Of a DNA stretch of 64,000 nt, positions 1 through 14,188 are shown one piece after another; position 1 is the stretch's first letter; every line of letters starts with the position of its first letter. Origin of the DNA: Eledone cirrhosa. Lineage: Eukaryota. The notes under the pieces were generated by a model that saw only the letters and a list, made by a program, of their open reading frames with translations, was not told where the DNA came from and made no database searches. The DNA lies in NCBI GenBank assembly GCA_964016885.1, contig OZ024742.1:179862001-179926000 (forward strand), written 5' to 3'. Both the position numbers and the translations under genes were made by a program.

Positions 1-2371
1 CTACTCTCTGATCATGACATGGTTCTCTGTGACCTGAGATTCCACCGTCCAATATACAAACCCAATGTCATCTCTCCTGTCCATCCGTTTGACGCTATGG
101 ATTTCCACAATGCAAACTGGGAAGCGATCAGTCATGATCTTGCACATGTCGACTGGTCCTTCACCCACACTCATACACCCACTAACATCAAAAAGTCCTG
201 GCAGACATTTGTGGACACTGTTACAAACATATGTGCAAAACACACCCCATTAAGAACTATAAACAAATCTAAGAGCAGAATCCCTAGAAATAGAAAAACG
301 CTCATCAGGAAAATTAAGAGAACGAACAAAAAAATCAACAAGCTGAAATACTGTCAGCAGCAACACATCAACTTGACTGCCATTTCATCACTAGAGATTA
401 AAAAACATAACCTCCAAAACAACATGATGTCTCTCATCAACAATCAGAGAAGAGCTGAAGAGGCCTGGGCCATTGAGAAGATCAAACTCAATCCCAAAGT
501 GTTCTTTTCATTTGCAAAAAAAAACACAAAATCACTGGCTCTACTGTTGGCCCTCTAATTGATGAAAATGGCACTCTTCAAGACAATGCTAAAACCATGG
601 GTGAGATACTGCAGAAACAATACTGCTCTGTTTTCAGCAATCCTGATATGGCCGATCTGGGCTGTATCGGCGATGTTACTCCCCATTACACCTTATCGGA
701 CATAACGTTTGGCGCCCCTGATGTCTTAGCGGCAATAAAGGAAATCAAGCATAATTCAGCAGTAGGTCCCGATAGGTTCCCTGCTTGTGTCTTGAAGGCG
801 TGTCAACACCAACTTGCATCTCCTCTTGCCAATCTGTGGCGGAACTCACTGGATGCTGGATATGTGCCAGAAAACCTTCTATCCCAGTCTGTTGTCCCAG
901 TTTTCAAAAAAGGAAACAAATCCCTTGCCGTGAATTACCGTCCAATCTCACTCACCTGTCATATCATTAAGGTATTTGAGAGAGTGGTGAGATCGCGAAT
1001 GACCCACTTCCTTGAGAGTAACAATATGCTGAACTCCAACCAGCATGGATTCCGTAATGGAAGGGATTGCCTGACGCAGCTACTGCATCACTTTGATGAT
1101 ATTTTGAGAGCCTTGGGAGAGGGTTCCAACACTGATGTTATCTACCTTGATTTCAGCAAGGCCTTTGACAGGGTTGATCATAACATTCTACTGAGAAAAC
1201 TGTCCAATATTGGTGTCACTGGAAAGCTGCTGCAGTGGATCAAGAGCTTCCTGTCAAACAGAACCCAACATGTTGTAGTTGAAGGAGTCAAATCCAGCCC
1301 AGCCAAAGTCAGTAGTGGGGTCCCACAAGGCACTGTGTTGGGCCCACTTCTCTTCATCATCTATATTAATGACATCACTGACATCATCAAACACAGCAAC
1401 ATTAACATTTTCGCTGATGATTCCAAGCTCCAAAAGGTCAACAATGGCTTGGATGACCGGATAAGACTTCAGTCAGACCTACTGGCTGTTACCCAATGGG
1501 CGGAAAAGAACAACATGTTACTGAACGAAGACAAATTCGAACTGATCCACTTTGGAAAAGAGGATGCTCTGAAACTCCCGTACTCCCTTCCCTCCGGGGA
1601 AACTCTCGTGGCATCTAACAACATCAGAGACTTGGGAGTAACCGTGGACAGCAACATAAGCTGGGCCACGCATATAAGCAGCAAAGTTGACATGGCCCGC
1701 AGAATGTGTTCCTGGATCCTCAGAACCTTCCAGTCGAGAGATTCCACACCATTATCCTTCTCTTCTCTACTTTTGCCCGACCACACCTTGAATACTGTTG
1801 TCCACTGTGGTCTCCCCACACGAAACAAAGTATCATGAAACTTGAAGCTCCTCAAAGGGCAATCACGAAAAAGATAGATGGCATGTCAGACCTTGACTAC
1901 TGGGGTCGACTAGAAAAGCTGAAACTTTACTCACTCCAACGTCGCCGTGAGCGTTATATTATCTGCATGATGTGGAAAATTTTCCATCATCACTGCCCAA
2001 ATGATGTTGGCATCGCCTTCAAAATACACCCAAGGCTTGGGCCCCCTGTTATCCGTCCCATACAAAAATCTAAATCGCAACTCATAACAACAATACGGCA
2101 CAATTATTTCACCTCAATTGGCCCTGTTCACTTCAACAACACACCAGGACACGTCAAAACAGAAACTGACCACACAAAATTCAAGAAGTCTTTGGACAAA
2201 TTCCTCCAAGTAATCCCGTACAAACCACCCACACCTGGATATGTCTCCGCAAACAGTAATTCTCTTCTCGAATGGGCCATGGTGCCCAAATCCTGAATTG
2301 AAAGACTTCGCCAGGTGGTGCTATTAAGTTAGACATGGCCTGGGCCAATACTGGCAAAAACATTTCAAAGT
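1..2371 (+). mobile_element. CR1-group LINE, 3' part of ORF2 (reverse transcriptase) plus short 3' UTR; two frameshifts
   Basis: ORFs 19-558, 597-1838 and 1706-2296 join into one ORF2. Motifs: GPD..PA.VLK, NYRPISLT, QHGFR.GRDC, YLDFSKAFDRVDH, GVPQGTVLGPLLF, FADD, then RPHLEYC..LWSPH and LYSLQRRRER typical of CR1-like elements. Frameshifts at an A-run (~520) and near 1750. Ends in (TA)n. Confidence 0.92.
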
Positions 2372-2411
2372 TATATATATGCATATATATAGACATATAT
2401 ATATATATATT

Positions 2412-2498
<87 letters not shown>

Positions 2499-2511
2499 AT
2501 GCATATATATA

Positions 2512-2557
<46 letters not shown>

Positions 2558-2605
2558 TATATATAGACATATATATATATATATATATATATATGCATAT
2601 ATATA

Positions 2606-2639
<34 letters not shown>

Positions 2640-2741
2640 TATATATATGCATATATATAGACATATATATATATATATGCATATATATATATATGCATAT
2701 ATATATATATGCATATATATAGACATATATATATATATATA

Positions 2742-2799
<58 letters not shown>

Positions 2800-2819
2800 T
2801 ATATATATGCATATATATA

Positions 2820-2865
<46 letters not shown>

Positions 2866-2873
2866 TATATATA

Positions 2874-2943
<70 letters not shown>

Positions 2944-2957
2944 TATATATATATATA

Positions 2958-3003
<46 letters not shown>

Positions 3004-3031
3004 TATATATATATGCATATATATAGACATA

Positions 3032-3085
<54 letters not shown>

Positions 3086-3145
3086 CATATATATATATAT
3101 ATATATGCACATATATATATGCATATATATATAATATATATATGC

Positions 3146-3189
<44 letters not shown>

Positions 3190-3199
3190 CATATATATG

Positions 3200-3239
<40 letters not shown>

Positions 3240-3247
3240 TATATATA

Positions 3248-3341
<94 letters not shown>
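2372..3341. repeat. (TA)n compound microsatellite with GCA/GACA interruptions
   Basis: Directly visible. Confidence 0.97.
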
Positions 3342-3342
<1 letters not shown>

Positions 3343-3344
<2 letters not shown>

Positions 3345-4216
3345 TAAGTTAAGAATGTACATCCACATATGTATACTGAAATACTAGTATGCATATGAAT
3401 ACACACATACGTGTACATATGTAGATGTACCGAGTTTTTCACTGGACACTTTACTGTGAGTGTCTAGCTATTCTGTATGTAAACACACAGACAAACCGGT
3501 TTTTAGAGTCATACTGGTTTTCGAGGGAAACACCTTTCCTCTATTCTCCAGAAAGCCAGACAGGAATATTGGACTAGTTTCGATGTTGTTACATCTCATC
3601 AGCAATATTTACCTATCTTCCGGCCTTTCTAGAGAATCGTAAAAGCACTTATCGTTATATGCTTTTTCTATGAAAATTAGTAGTGGGCAGACTAATTTGC
3701 ATAGAGTGTGAGTACGTACCGGTTCAGCGGAGACGATCAAAATAAATAACGAAACGAAATTAAATTTCGTTTCGTTTGTAACTCACTTTTGTATGACTGA
3801 CGCTTAAACAATTAAGTTAAGAATGTACATCCACATATGTATACTGAAATACTAGTATGCATATGAATACACACACACGTGTACATATGTAGATGTACCG
3901 AGTTTTTCACTGGACACTTTACTGTGAGTGTCCACCTATTCTGTATGTAAACACACAGACAAACCGGTTTTTAGAGTCATACTGGTTTTCGAGGAAACGC
4001 CTTTCCTCTATTCTCCAGAAAGCCAGACAGGAATATTGGACTAGTTTCGATGTTGTTACATCTCATCAGCAATATTTACCTATCTTACTAATTTTCATAG
4101 AAAAAGCATATAACGATATGTGCTTTTACGATTCTCTAGAAAGGCCGGAAGATAGGTAAATATTGCTGATGAGATGTAACAACATCGAAACTAATCCAAT
4201 ATTCCTGTCTGGCTTT

Positions 4217-4218
<2 letters not shown>
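3343..4218 (-). mobile_element. HHR-bearing repeat family A: ~468-bp unit x1.6 plus an inverted partial copy (retrozyme-like / PLE pLTR-like)
   Basis: attaagttaagaatgtac starts at both 3343 and 3811. 4085-4218 is the reverse complement of ~3551-3682. Three HHR cores. Flanked by (TA)n on both sides. Confidence 0.85.
3565..3609 (-). ncRNA. Minimal type I hammerhead ribozyme (copies at 4032-4076 minus and 4159-4203 plus, the last with a stem III mismatch)
   Basis: Minus strand reads aatattg-CTGATGA-gatg(taacaa)catc-GAAA-ctag-TC-caatatt: 7-bp stem I, 4-bp stem II, palindromic ACTAGT stem III, GUC cleavage triplet. Confidence 0.9.
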
Positions 4219-5487
<1,269 letters not shown>

Positions 5488-6545
5488 AATATATAAGATC
5501 AAAAGATGGTTAAAGGAGTTCCATGTATTTTATTATGCGCATTTCAAAAACAAACATCATCATGCAATAATATTTGTGTTTTCATCAGATAAAACAGGAG
5601 GACATGATATGAACGCTAAAAAAACACTTGTGGATAGTGCAGTTTTAAATCAACATATGAAAAGTAATTTTAGATTGATGTGTGATATTGGGAAAAATAT
5701 TTTATTTAGAGAGGGGGGTGGAAAGGATGAAAAAAGGGGAGGGGATGAGAGTGAAGGTGGAGAGGGAGAGATGGGTGATAGAGAGAAAGAGATAGTTAAA
5801 AAAAAAAAAAAAAAAAATCATATACAAACCTTAACTTCACATTATTTTTCTCAAATCCTTCAATACACAAACCTTAATAATTTTTTCTCTTCGTTAATTT
5901 TCAAATTTCCATAATACTTGTAAACATACACACAATTTTTTTTTGACGTTAGAATATTCATCCGCAATTATTATTTTTTTCTCTCTATCATCAAACTTTT
6001 TAATCTCAATACATATTAACTCCCTCTCCTTCTTCGTATATATTTTCCCCTTCGTTAATTTTCAAATTCTTTTAATTTATACATTATCTTCCAACGGTTT
6101 TCAACCTCTCTATGTAAAACAATATATCTTTTCTCAGTTATAAAAACTATCTCTTTCTCTCTATCACCCATCTCTCCCTCTCCACCTCCACTCTCATCTC
6201 CTCCCCTTTTCTCATCCTTTCCACCCCCCTCTCTAAATAAAATATTTTTCCCAATATCACACATCAATCTAAAATTACTTTTCATATGTTGATTTAAAAC
6301 TGCACTATCCACAAGTGTTTTTTAGCCTTCATATCATGTCCTCCTGTTTTATCTGATGAACACACAAATATTATTGCATGACGATGTTTGTTTTTGAAAT
6401 GCGCATAATAAAATACATGGAACTCCTTTAACCATCTTTTGATCTTATATATTATGTATACTCCAGTCCTACACATTGTAGAGTGCTTCTTATCCGATAT
6501 CTGCATTGCTTTATTGTACTACAATAAAACTCACCTCCTACATTA
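5488..6545 (+). mobile_element. HHR-bearing fold-back element: ~305-bp inverted arms (5488-5795 / 6145-6453), ~350-bp spacer, ~90-bp tail
   Basis: Arms are reverse complements; the ORF track shows the same peptide at 5576(+) and 6055/6294(-). Each arm carries an HHR. Flanked by (TA)n. Confidence 0.85.
6347..6413 (+). ncRNA. Type I hammerhead ribozyme (mirror copy 5528-5594 minus)
   Basis: ttttat-CTGATGA-acacacaaata...tgtttgttttt-GAAA-tgcgca-TA-ataaaa: 6-bp stem I, palindromic ATGCGCAT stem III, AUA triplet. Confidence 0.82.
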
Positions 6546-6784
6546 TATATATATATATATATATATATATGCATATATATATATGTACATGTATATATAT
6601 ATATATGCATATATATATGTATATATATATATATGCATATATCTATATGTATATATATATGCATATATATATATATATATGTATATGTATATATATATGT
6701 ATATATATATATGCATATATATATATATATATATGTATATGTATATATATATGTATATATATATATGCATATATATATATATAT

Positions 6785-9700
6785 AAACGGAAAAAATGAA
6801 ACGATATTTCATTTCCCACTCTTAGTACGGCTGTTACTTAAATATAAGTATGTACACGTACATACATATATGTATACCGACGTACAGTAGTATGTATATA
6901 TATATATATACATACATGCACACATATATATATGCACGTATGGATTCACCGAACATTTATTATAATGCTCGGTGTGTTGGGAAATGAAATATCGTTTCAT
7001 TTTTTCCGTTTATCGTTTTCGGTGCACCCGGCCGATTAACCCACTCGATATGCATATTGGGCTTCTCAGCCGTTAATATGCATAAGGTAAGTATATACGT
7101 TCAACAATCTGGCAGGAAGGTATACGTTGCTGACGATAGCTAACAAGCTTGAAACTAGTACAGCGTTCCTTTGTCAGTGTTGAACAAACGAGCAACGGTG
7201 GTTGCTAGACACTACGGCTTAATACGGGATGTTTGTTTACAAACACACCGAGCATTATAATAAATGTTCGGTGAATCCATACGTGCATATATATATGTGT
7301 GCATGTATGTATATATATATATATACATACTACTGTACGTCGGTATACATATATGTATGTACGTGTACATACTTATATTTAAGTAACAGCCGTACTAAGA
7401 GTGGGAAATGAAATATCGTTTCATTTTTTCCGTTTATCGTTTTCGGTGCACCCGGCCGATTAACCCACTCGATATGCATATTGGGCTTCTCAGCCGTTAA
7501 TATGCATAAGGTAAGTATATACGTTCAACAATCTGGCAGGAAGGTATACGTTGCTGACGATAGCTAACAAGCTTGAAACTAGTACAGCGTTCCTTTGTCA
7601 GTGTTGAACAAACGAGCAACGGTGGTTGCTAGACACTACGGCTTAATACGGGATGTTTGTTTACAAACACACCGAGCATTATAATAAATGTTCGGTGAAT
7701 CCATACGTGCATATATATATGTGTGCATGTATGTATATATATATATATACATACTACTGTACGTCGGTATACATATATGTATGTACGTGTACATACTTAT
7801 ATTTAAGTAACAGCCGTACTAAGAGTGGGAAATGAAATATCGTTTCATTTTTTCCGTTTATCGTTTTCGGTGCACCCGGCCGATTAACCCACTCGATATG
7901 CATATTGGGCTTCTCAGCCGTTAATATGCATAAGGTAAGTATATACGTTCAACAATCTGGCAGGAAGGTATACGTTGCTGACGATAGCTAACAAGCTTGA
8001 AACTAGTACAGCGTTCCTTTGTCAGTGTTGAACAAACGAGCAACGGTGGTTGCTAGACACTACGGCTTAATACGGGATGTTTGTTTACAAACACACCGAG
8101 CATTATAATAAATGTTCGGTGAATCCATACGTGCATATATATATGTGTGCATGTATGTATATATATATATATACATACTACTGTACGTCGGTATACATAT
8201 ATGTATGTACGTGTACATACTTATATTTAAGTAACAGCCGTACTAAGAGTGGGAAATGAAATATCGTTTCATTTTTTCCGTTTATCGTTTTCGGTGCACC
8301 CGGCCGATTAACCCACTCGATATGCATATTGGGCTTCTCAGCCGTTAATATGCATAAGGTAAGTATATACGTTCAACAATCTGGCAGGAAGGTATACGTT
8401 GCTGACGATAGCTAACAAGCTTGAAACTAGTACAGCGTTCCTTTGTCAGTGTTGAACAAACGAGCAACGGTGGTTGCTAGACACTACGGCTTAATACGGG
8501 ATGTTTGTTTACAAACACACCGAGCATTATAATAAATGTTCGGTGAATCCATACGTGCATATATATATGTGTGCATGTATGTATATATATATATATACAT
8601 ACTACTGTACGTCGGTATACATATATGTATGTACGTGTACATACTTATATTTAAGTAACAGCCGTACTAAGAGTGGGAAATGAAATATCGTTTCATTTTT
8701 TCCGTTTATCGTTTTCGGTGCACCCGGCCGATTAACCCACTCGATATGCATATTGGGCTTCTCAGCCGTTAATATGCATAAGGTAAGTATATACGTTCAA
8801 CAATCTGGCAGGAAGGTATACGTTGCTGACGATAGCTAACAAGCTTGAAACTAGTACAGCGTTCCTTTGTCAGTGTTGAACAAACGAGCAACGGTGGTTG
8901 CTAGACACTACGGCTTAATACGGGATGTTTGTTTACAAACACACCGAGCATTATAATAAATGTTCGGTGAATCCATACGTGCATATATATATGTGTGCAT
9001 GTATGTATATATATATATATACATACTACTGTACGTCGGTATACATATATGTATGTACGTGTACATACTTATATTTAAGTAACAGCCGTACTAAGAGTGG
9101 GAAATGAAATATCGTTTCATTTTTTCCGTTTATCGTTTTCGGTGCACCCGGCCGATTAACCCACTCGATATGCATATTGGGCTTCTCAGCCGTTAATATG
9201 CATAAGGTAAGTATATACGTTCAACAATCTGGCAGGAAGGTATACGTTGCTGACGATAGCTAACAAGCTTGAAACTAGTACAGCGTTCCTTTGTCAGTGT
9301 TGAACAAACGAGCAACGGTGGTTGCTAGACACTACGGCTTAATACGGGATGTTTGTTTACAAACACACCGAGCATTATAATAAATGTTCGGTGAATCCAT
9401 ACGTGCATATATATATGTGTGCATGTATGTATATATATATATATACATACTACTGTACGTCGGTATACATATATGTATGTACGTGTACATACTTATATTT
9501 AAGTAACAGCCGTACTAAGAGTGGGAAATGAAATATCGTTTCATTTTTTCCGTTTATCGTTTTCGGTGCACCCGGCCGATTAACCCACTCGATATGCATA
9601 TTGGGCTTCTCAGCCGTTAATATGCATAAGGTAAGTATATACGTTCAACAATCTGGCAGGAAGGTATACGTTGCTGACGATAGCTAACAAGCTTGAAACT

Positions 9701-9920
9701 AGTACAGCGTTCCTTTGTCAGTGTTGAACAAACGAGCAACGGTGGTTGCTAGACACTACGGCTTAATACGGGATGTTTGTTTACAAACACACCGAGCATT
9801 ATAATAAATGTTCGGTGAATCCATACGTGCATATATATATGTGTGCATGTATGTATATATATATATATACATACTACTGTACGTCGGTATACATATATGT
9901 ATGTACGTGTACATACTTAT
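6785..9920 (+). mobile_element. HHR-bearing family B: inverted partial copy (6785-6978) followed by ~6.9 head-to-tail copies of a 424-bp unit
   Basis: Exact 424-bp period (identical ORFs at 7229, 7653, 8077, 8501, 8925, 9349). One HHR per unit. Both ends abut (TA)n. Confidence 0.93.
7124..7166 (+). ncRNA. Minimal type I hammerhead ribozyme; identical copies start at 7548, 7972, 8396, 8820, 9244, 9668
   Basis: acgttg-CTGACGA-t-agct(aaca)agct-t-GAAA-ctag-TA-cagcgt: palindromic ACTAGT stem III, GUA triplet. Stem I extends via ctggcaggaagg/cctttgtcag and gttcaaca/tgttgaac. Confidence 0.9.
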
Positions 9921-9978
9921 ATATATATATATAATTTTAGGAATAAACAAAGAGTACTTAGAAATACATTGTTTTATT

Positions 9979-10025
9979 AGCTAACAGTGTTTCATCCATA
10001 ACTTATGGCAGGAATCATCAGAGCC
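9979..10025 (-). ncRNA. Hammerhead-like motif
   Basis: Minus: ggct-CTGATGA-t-tcc...gga-t-GAAA-cactg-TT-agct; short stem I, GUU triplet. Confidence 0.65.
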
Positions 10026-11254
10026 TATAAACAAGAGTATATCAATAGTTGCATGCTTCATCGAGCTGTGTCACCAGAACAAGGTTAAAGGACCAGCAAG
10101 GGGGTCCCGAGGCCAGCGCTCTATGGAAACAGACAGAATATATGATGCACATAATGTTATAAAATGTCTTAAAAAATAAAAAATAAAAAATTACACCAAA
10201 AATCTATCACTTAAATGGTGCAATAGATGATAAATATGTTGGGAGAGGGTAGCAAGGGATGAGTGAAGGTATTATTCAGCTTGATCACAAACAATAAAAA
10301 AAATAATGAAAAAGTACAAAAATACAGGGATAACAAAGCGATAAATATAACAAATACAAAACAATAAAGGAACAAAAAGCCCGAAAACTCTCAAAAATAT
10401 AAAACAAAGCAAAGCATAGATACATCAAAGCACAAGCATTGCAAAAACAGGGTGTACAGGCAGATTAAGAGAGTTTGCAAGCATTAATCTGTGAGAAGAA
10501 TAGTTGGTTAGCAGTGGTGCAGCCTTACATGTATGATAGTCCATATGAGGGATGGTGTACTCCAATTATATCAGCTTGTAACAGGTCGATTCTCCTTATC
10601 ATATCAGCACCCTAGGAACCACATCGATATTTTCCAGTTCCGAACGTAAGTGAGATAACACTATTTTTCCAACACCTATACCCAGGGGATTTATCACCAT
10701 AGGCCGTCTGGGATATACACCTAAAATCTAAACTAAAAAATAAAAGTACGATGAGTTAAAGAAATGTATGGTACATGTACAGCCGGCACACATGTGAGGA
10801 AATTGAAAACACGCCAGGTCACCAATAACTGGCATTCTCCAAAGTCCTCACGTTCGGTCGCTCAACCCAACGTCCCAGGTGAAATTCACTGTATGTCCAG
10901 GTTGGCGTCCAACCAATGTGTCGTACCGTATACAACTATACCACAGTAAATACAAATCGTGATGGCTATCCCGTTACATAGAGAGAAAGTGTATATAGGA
11001 AACTCCGCTTCCAGAATCATATATGGCAGAGTGAGCAGATATTGTTATAATAATAGGCGGGTTTATTAGAGTGAGTGCAAATTTCTGTATATAAGAGAGA
11101 ACTCACGGCCAAACCTGTCAATGACAGCTATGTTATTTATATGTCCACCACGGCTCTGTAGTATACTAGTTATCCTACATTGAGCTAAAAACACACTGTT
11201 ATACCAAGGGCAATATATCTGCGTGTCTGGGCATATTGATATATTTGTCAACGA

Positions 11255-11257
<3 letters not shown>

Positions 11258-11318
<61 letters not shown>

Positions 11319-11381
11319 GTATATATATATGCATATATGTATATGTATATATATATGCATATATGTATATGTATATATATA

Positions 11382-11420
<39 letters not shown>

Positions 11421-11505
11421 GTATATATATATGCATATATCTATATGTATATATATATGCATGTATATATAAGTATATGTATATGTATATATATATGCAT
11501 ATACA
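11258..11505. repeat. (TA)n microsatellite
   Basis: Directly visible. Confidence 0.95.
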
Positions 11506-11509
11506 TAGA

Positions 11510-11985
11510 TGTTAATGATCAAGAGAAAGTGATAGGAATCTAGGGGTGTGATAATAGACGGGGTATTAGAGAAATTGGGGAGGTGAGTTGAGTCCAAGAG
11601 GGGAATAGGACCCAAGACCGTGAATCAGATTTTGTTCAGTCCTGGTGCACACGGCCTGTGATACATGGTGTAAAAGGACACCCAGGACTGAAACATGTAG
11701 GGAAGAATGACGAGGAGAATAGAAATGACGGTCGACAGGAGTATCCAAACCGAGTCGTATGTCCCTAAAATGTTCGGCAAAACGGTCCGCCATACGGCGT
11801 CCCGTTTGTCCGATATTTAAAGACCCACAAAAGGAACACCATTCGGCATAGACAACGTGGGTAGATGTGCAGATGAACGAGTGGCGGATACGGAAAGAAC
11901 CGTTAAGACCTGAAAGAGTGGTGAGGGTGGAAATGAAGGGACAAGTGTTGCAATTGGAACGGAAACAAGGATGAGAGCCGAGAAG
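11510..11985 (-). mobile_element. Penelope-like element fragment, C-terminal GIY-YIG endonuclease (Neptune-like)
   Basis: Minus frame reads SFICTSTHVVYAEWCSFCGSLNIGQTGRRMADRFAEHFRDIR...PVDRHF...[17 protein letters not shown], the VVY...YIGQT.R signature of PLE endonucleases. Confidence 0.85.
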
Positions 11986-12042
11986 ACATGCATATATATA
12001 TAATATATATGTATATATATACGTATAAATATATATGTATAT

Positions 12043-12320
12043 GTCCTGTCTTCCTGCCTACTTATTAAGACTTTAGTCTTTGCTAAGTTCACTTCTAGGT
12101 TTTTGGTTTCTAGGTTTTTCTTCCATGTCCAGAATTTTGCCTCTAACTCTCTCCCTCATAGATTCAGCCATAAAGATTAGATTATCAACTTATAGAAGCT
12201 CCCATGATGTCTTCAAGGACATTCATAAGCAGAAGTGGGCTTAGGACTGAGCCCTGGTGGGCCCCAAACTGCACTTCACGTTCATCACTGTATTCACTGC
12301 CAATTATTATCTTGCTGGGT
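12043..12320 (-). mobile_element. Degenerate RTE LINE RT fragment
   Basis: HQGSVLSPLLL and NLAKTKVL match the RTE copy at 25821-27725. Confidence 0.8.
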
Positions 12321-12804
12321 GCCACAACTGGATTTAGAATGTAGGGGCCTGGGGCACTGCAGGTGTTAGGGGGGCCCCTCATGCACAAAACAATTGAACT
12401 ACACAGAAGACCCAAATTTACAGTTCAAAGTTGGCTTGGCACTTGTATTTGACATTCCCAGGGTCTTGGCACTTGTATTTGACATTCCCAGGGTACTTCT
12501 ATCTTTCTAAGCCAAACAGCTGTGGACAGCACCCCCAGCTATTGGGGGCGCTGTGGCAAATTCCCCTAAATTCATATTCTTAAATTGCTTTGTCTATCAC
12601 CTGCTGTCGACTTTTATGGCTGGTATCTCAGTTGAGTTTATATAAGGTAGGCCATCATAGTCCCATTTATTTATTTTTCATTCAGCGGGATAGAAGAAAC
12701 AGAAACTACATAAATATGCACATAAATTTATACATTTTTAATATATGGACATGTGGATATGCTACATATTAAAAATCAAAACCTACAGATACTTGCATAT
12801 ATAT

Positions 12805-13155
12805 TATATATATGTGTGTGTGTGTATATATATGTGTGTGTGTGTATATATGTGCGTGTGTGTATATATATGTGTGTATATATATGTGTGTGTGTATATG
12901 TGTGTGTGTATATGTGTGTGTGTATATATATATATGTGCGTGTGTGTGTATATATATGTGCGTGTATGTGTATGTGTATATATATTATTGTGTGTGTATA
13001 TATATATGTGTGTGTGTGTGTGTATACATGTATGTGTGTGTGTATATATGTGTGTGTGTCTATATATATGTGTGTGTGTATATATACATGTGTGTATATA
13101 TATATATGCATGTGTGCGTGTGTGTGTTTGCACGTTTGTGTGTGTATGTGTGTAT
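12805..13155. repeat. (TG)n/(TA)n microsatellite
   Basis: Directly visible. Confidence 0.95.
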
Positions 13156-13739
13156 TTTTCATACTCTCTTTCTATCTCATCTTGTAGTTCTCATTCTATC
13201 TTCTGTTGAAGGATTTGTGCCCAAGACGTAAATACTTTTTTTCCTAATACCATGCATAAAACTAATAATCTTTCCCCTTCATTGCACTGTGTTGTTCATT
13301 TTGTTGTTTCTGTTTAATTTTTACACACGCGCATAGACACACAGACACACATATATATATATATATGAAAAATGGAAAAAATGACTTCACTTGTGAAGTC
13401 ACTCTTTGCCTTTTTTCAAACTGTATCATGAATCTCACAATTTTACAATATATATATATATCATCATCATCATCGTTTAACGTCCATCTTCCACGCAGGA
13501 GTTGTCCCACTTGAGGCAAGGTTGGTCGGGTGACCTTGTCTCGCTCATATAGGACTATATATATATATATATATAAGCAAAGAGAACCTTAACTGTTAAG
13601 GTCTGATTTCTGGGTATGTCACTATTTATAAAACAAACTTTGTATTTTATCTGATGGGGGTGTACCAAAGTTTTGGTACCCTTGAAATATATATAATAGA
13701 ATAAATATGGTTTCATTAATATAGTTTCCATTTATTAAT

Positions 13740-13784
<45 letters not shown>

Positions 13785-14027
13785 ATAGAGAAATTAATGT
13801 GAGCAAGAAGCCAACAATAATTCATAATATATAAGTGACTATAACGTCAAGATGGAAATTATTTAACGTAAGATATGGGAAAATAATTCAATCTCAATTC
13901 AAAAAAAGTCAAGACAGAAATTTTATCCACAGATTTTGTGAAATCCAGGGAAAAAACCAATAGATTCTAAACTCAGAATGAAATTAAGGGTTAATACTTA
14001 TCCTTCAATTTGGAAAAATCTACAAAT

Positions 14028-14108
14028 GCTCTATATAGTCTTAAAAAGACTATTTCACGAAACTTTTCAGTGGGGTTACTCACGGTTGGAGTCGTTCATC
14101 AGTAGAGC
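14028..14108 (-). ncRNA. Type I hammerhead ribozyme with full stem III
   Basis: Minus: gctcta-CTGATGA-acga...tcgt-GAAA-tagtc(tttttaa)gacta-TA-tagagc; all three stems pair perfectly, AUA triplet. Confidence 0.9.
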
Positions 14109-14188
14109 TCAAACACGATAACCCAAATCACTGCTAAAATGTGCCAGAAAGGGAATTTAAAAGCAGGCTAATTACACCTCGTGTGGAA

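Noticed and set aside
6979-9920. CRISPR array, or a tandem gene family encoding the 60-aa MFVYKHTEH peptide
   Set aside because: No unique spacers, no cas genes, eukaryotic context. The peptide runs through a TA-rich block whose length varies between the 52955-54590 copies, so the frame is not conserved.
13200-13232. ctgttgaaggatttgtgcccaagacgta (and the similar 18443-18478 and 40820-40890) as ribozymes
   Set aside because: They resemble decayed PLE hammerheads but have multiple core mismatches; not supportable as features
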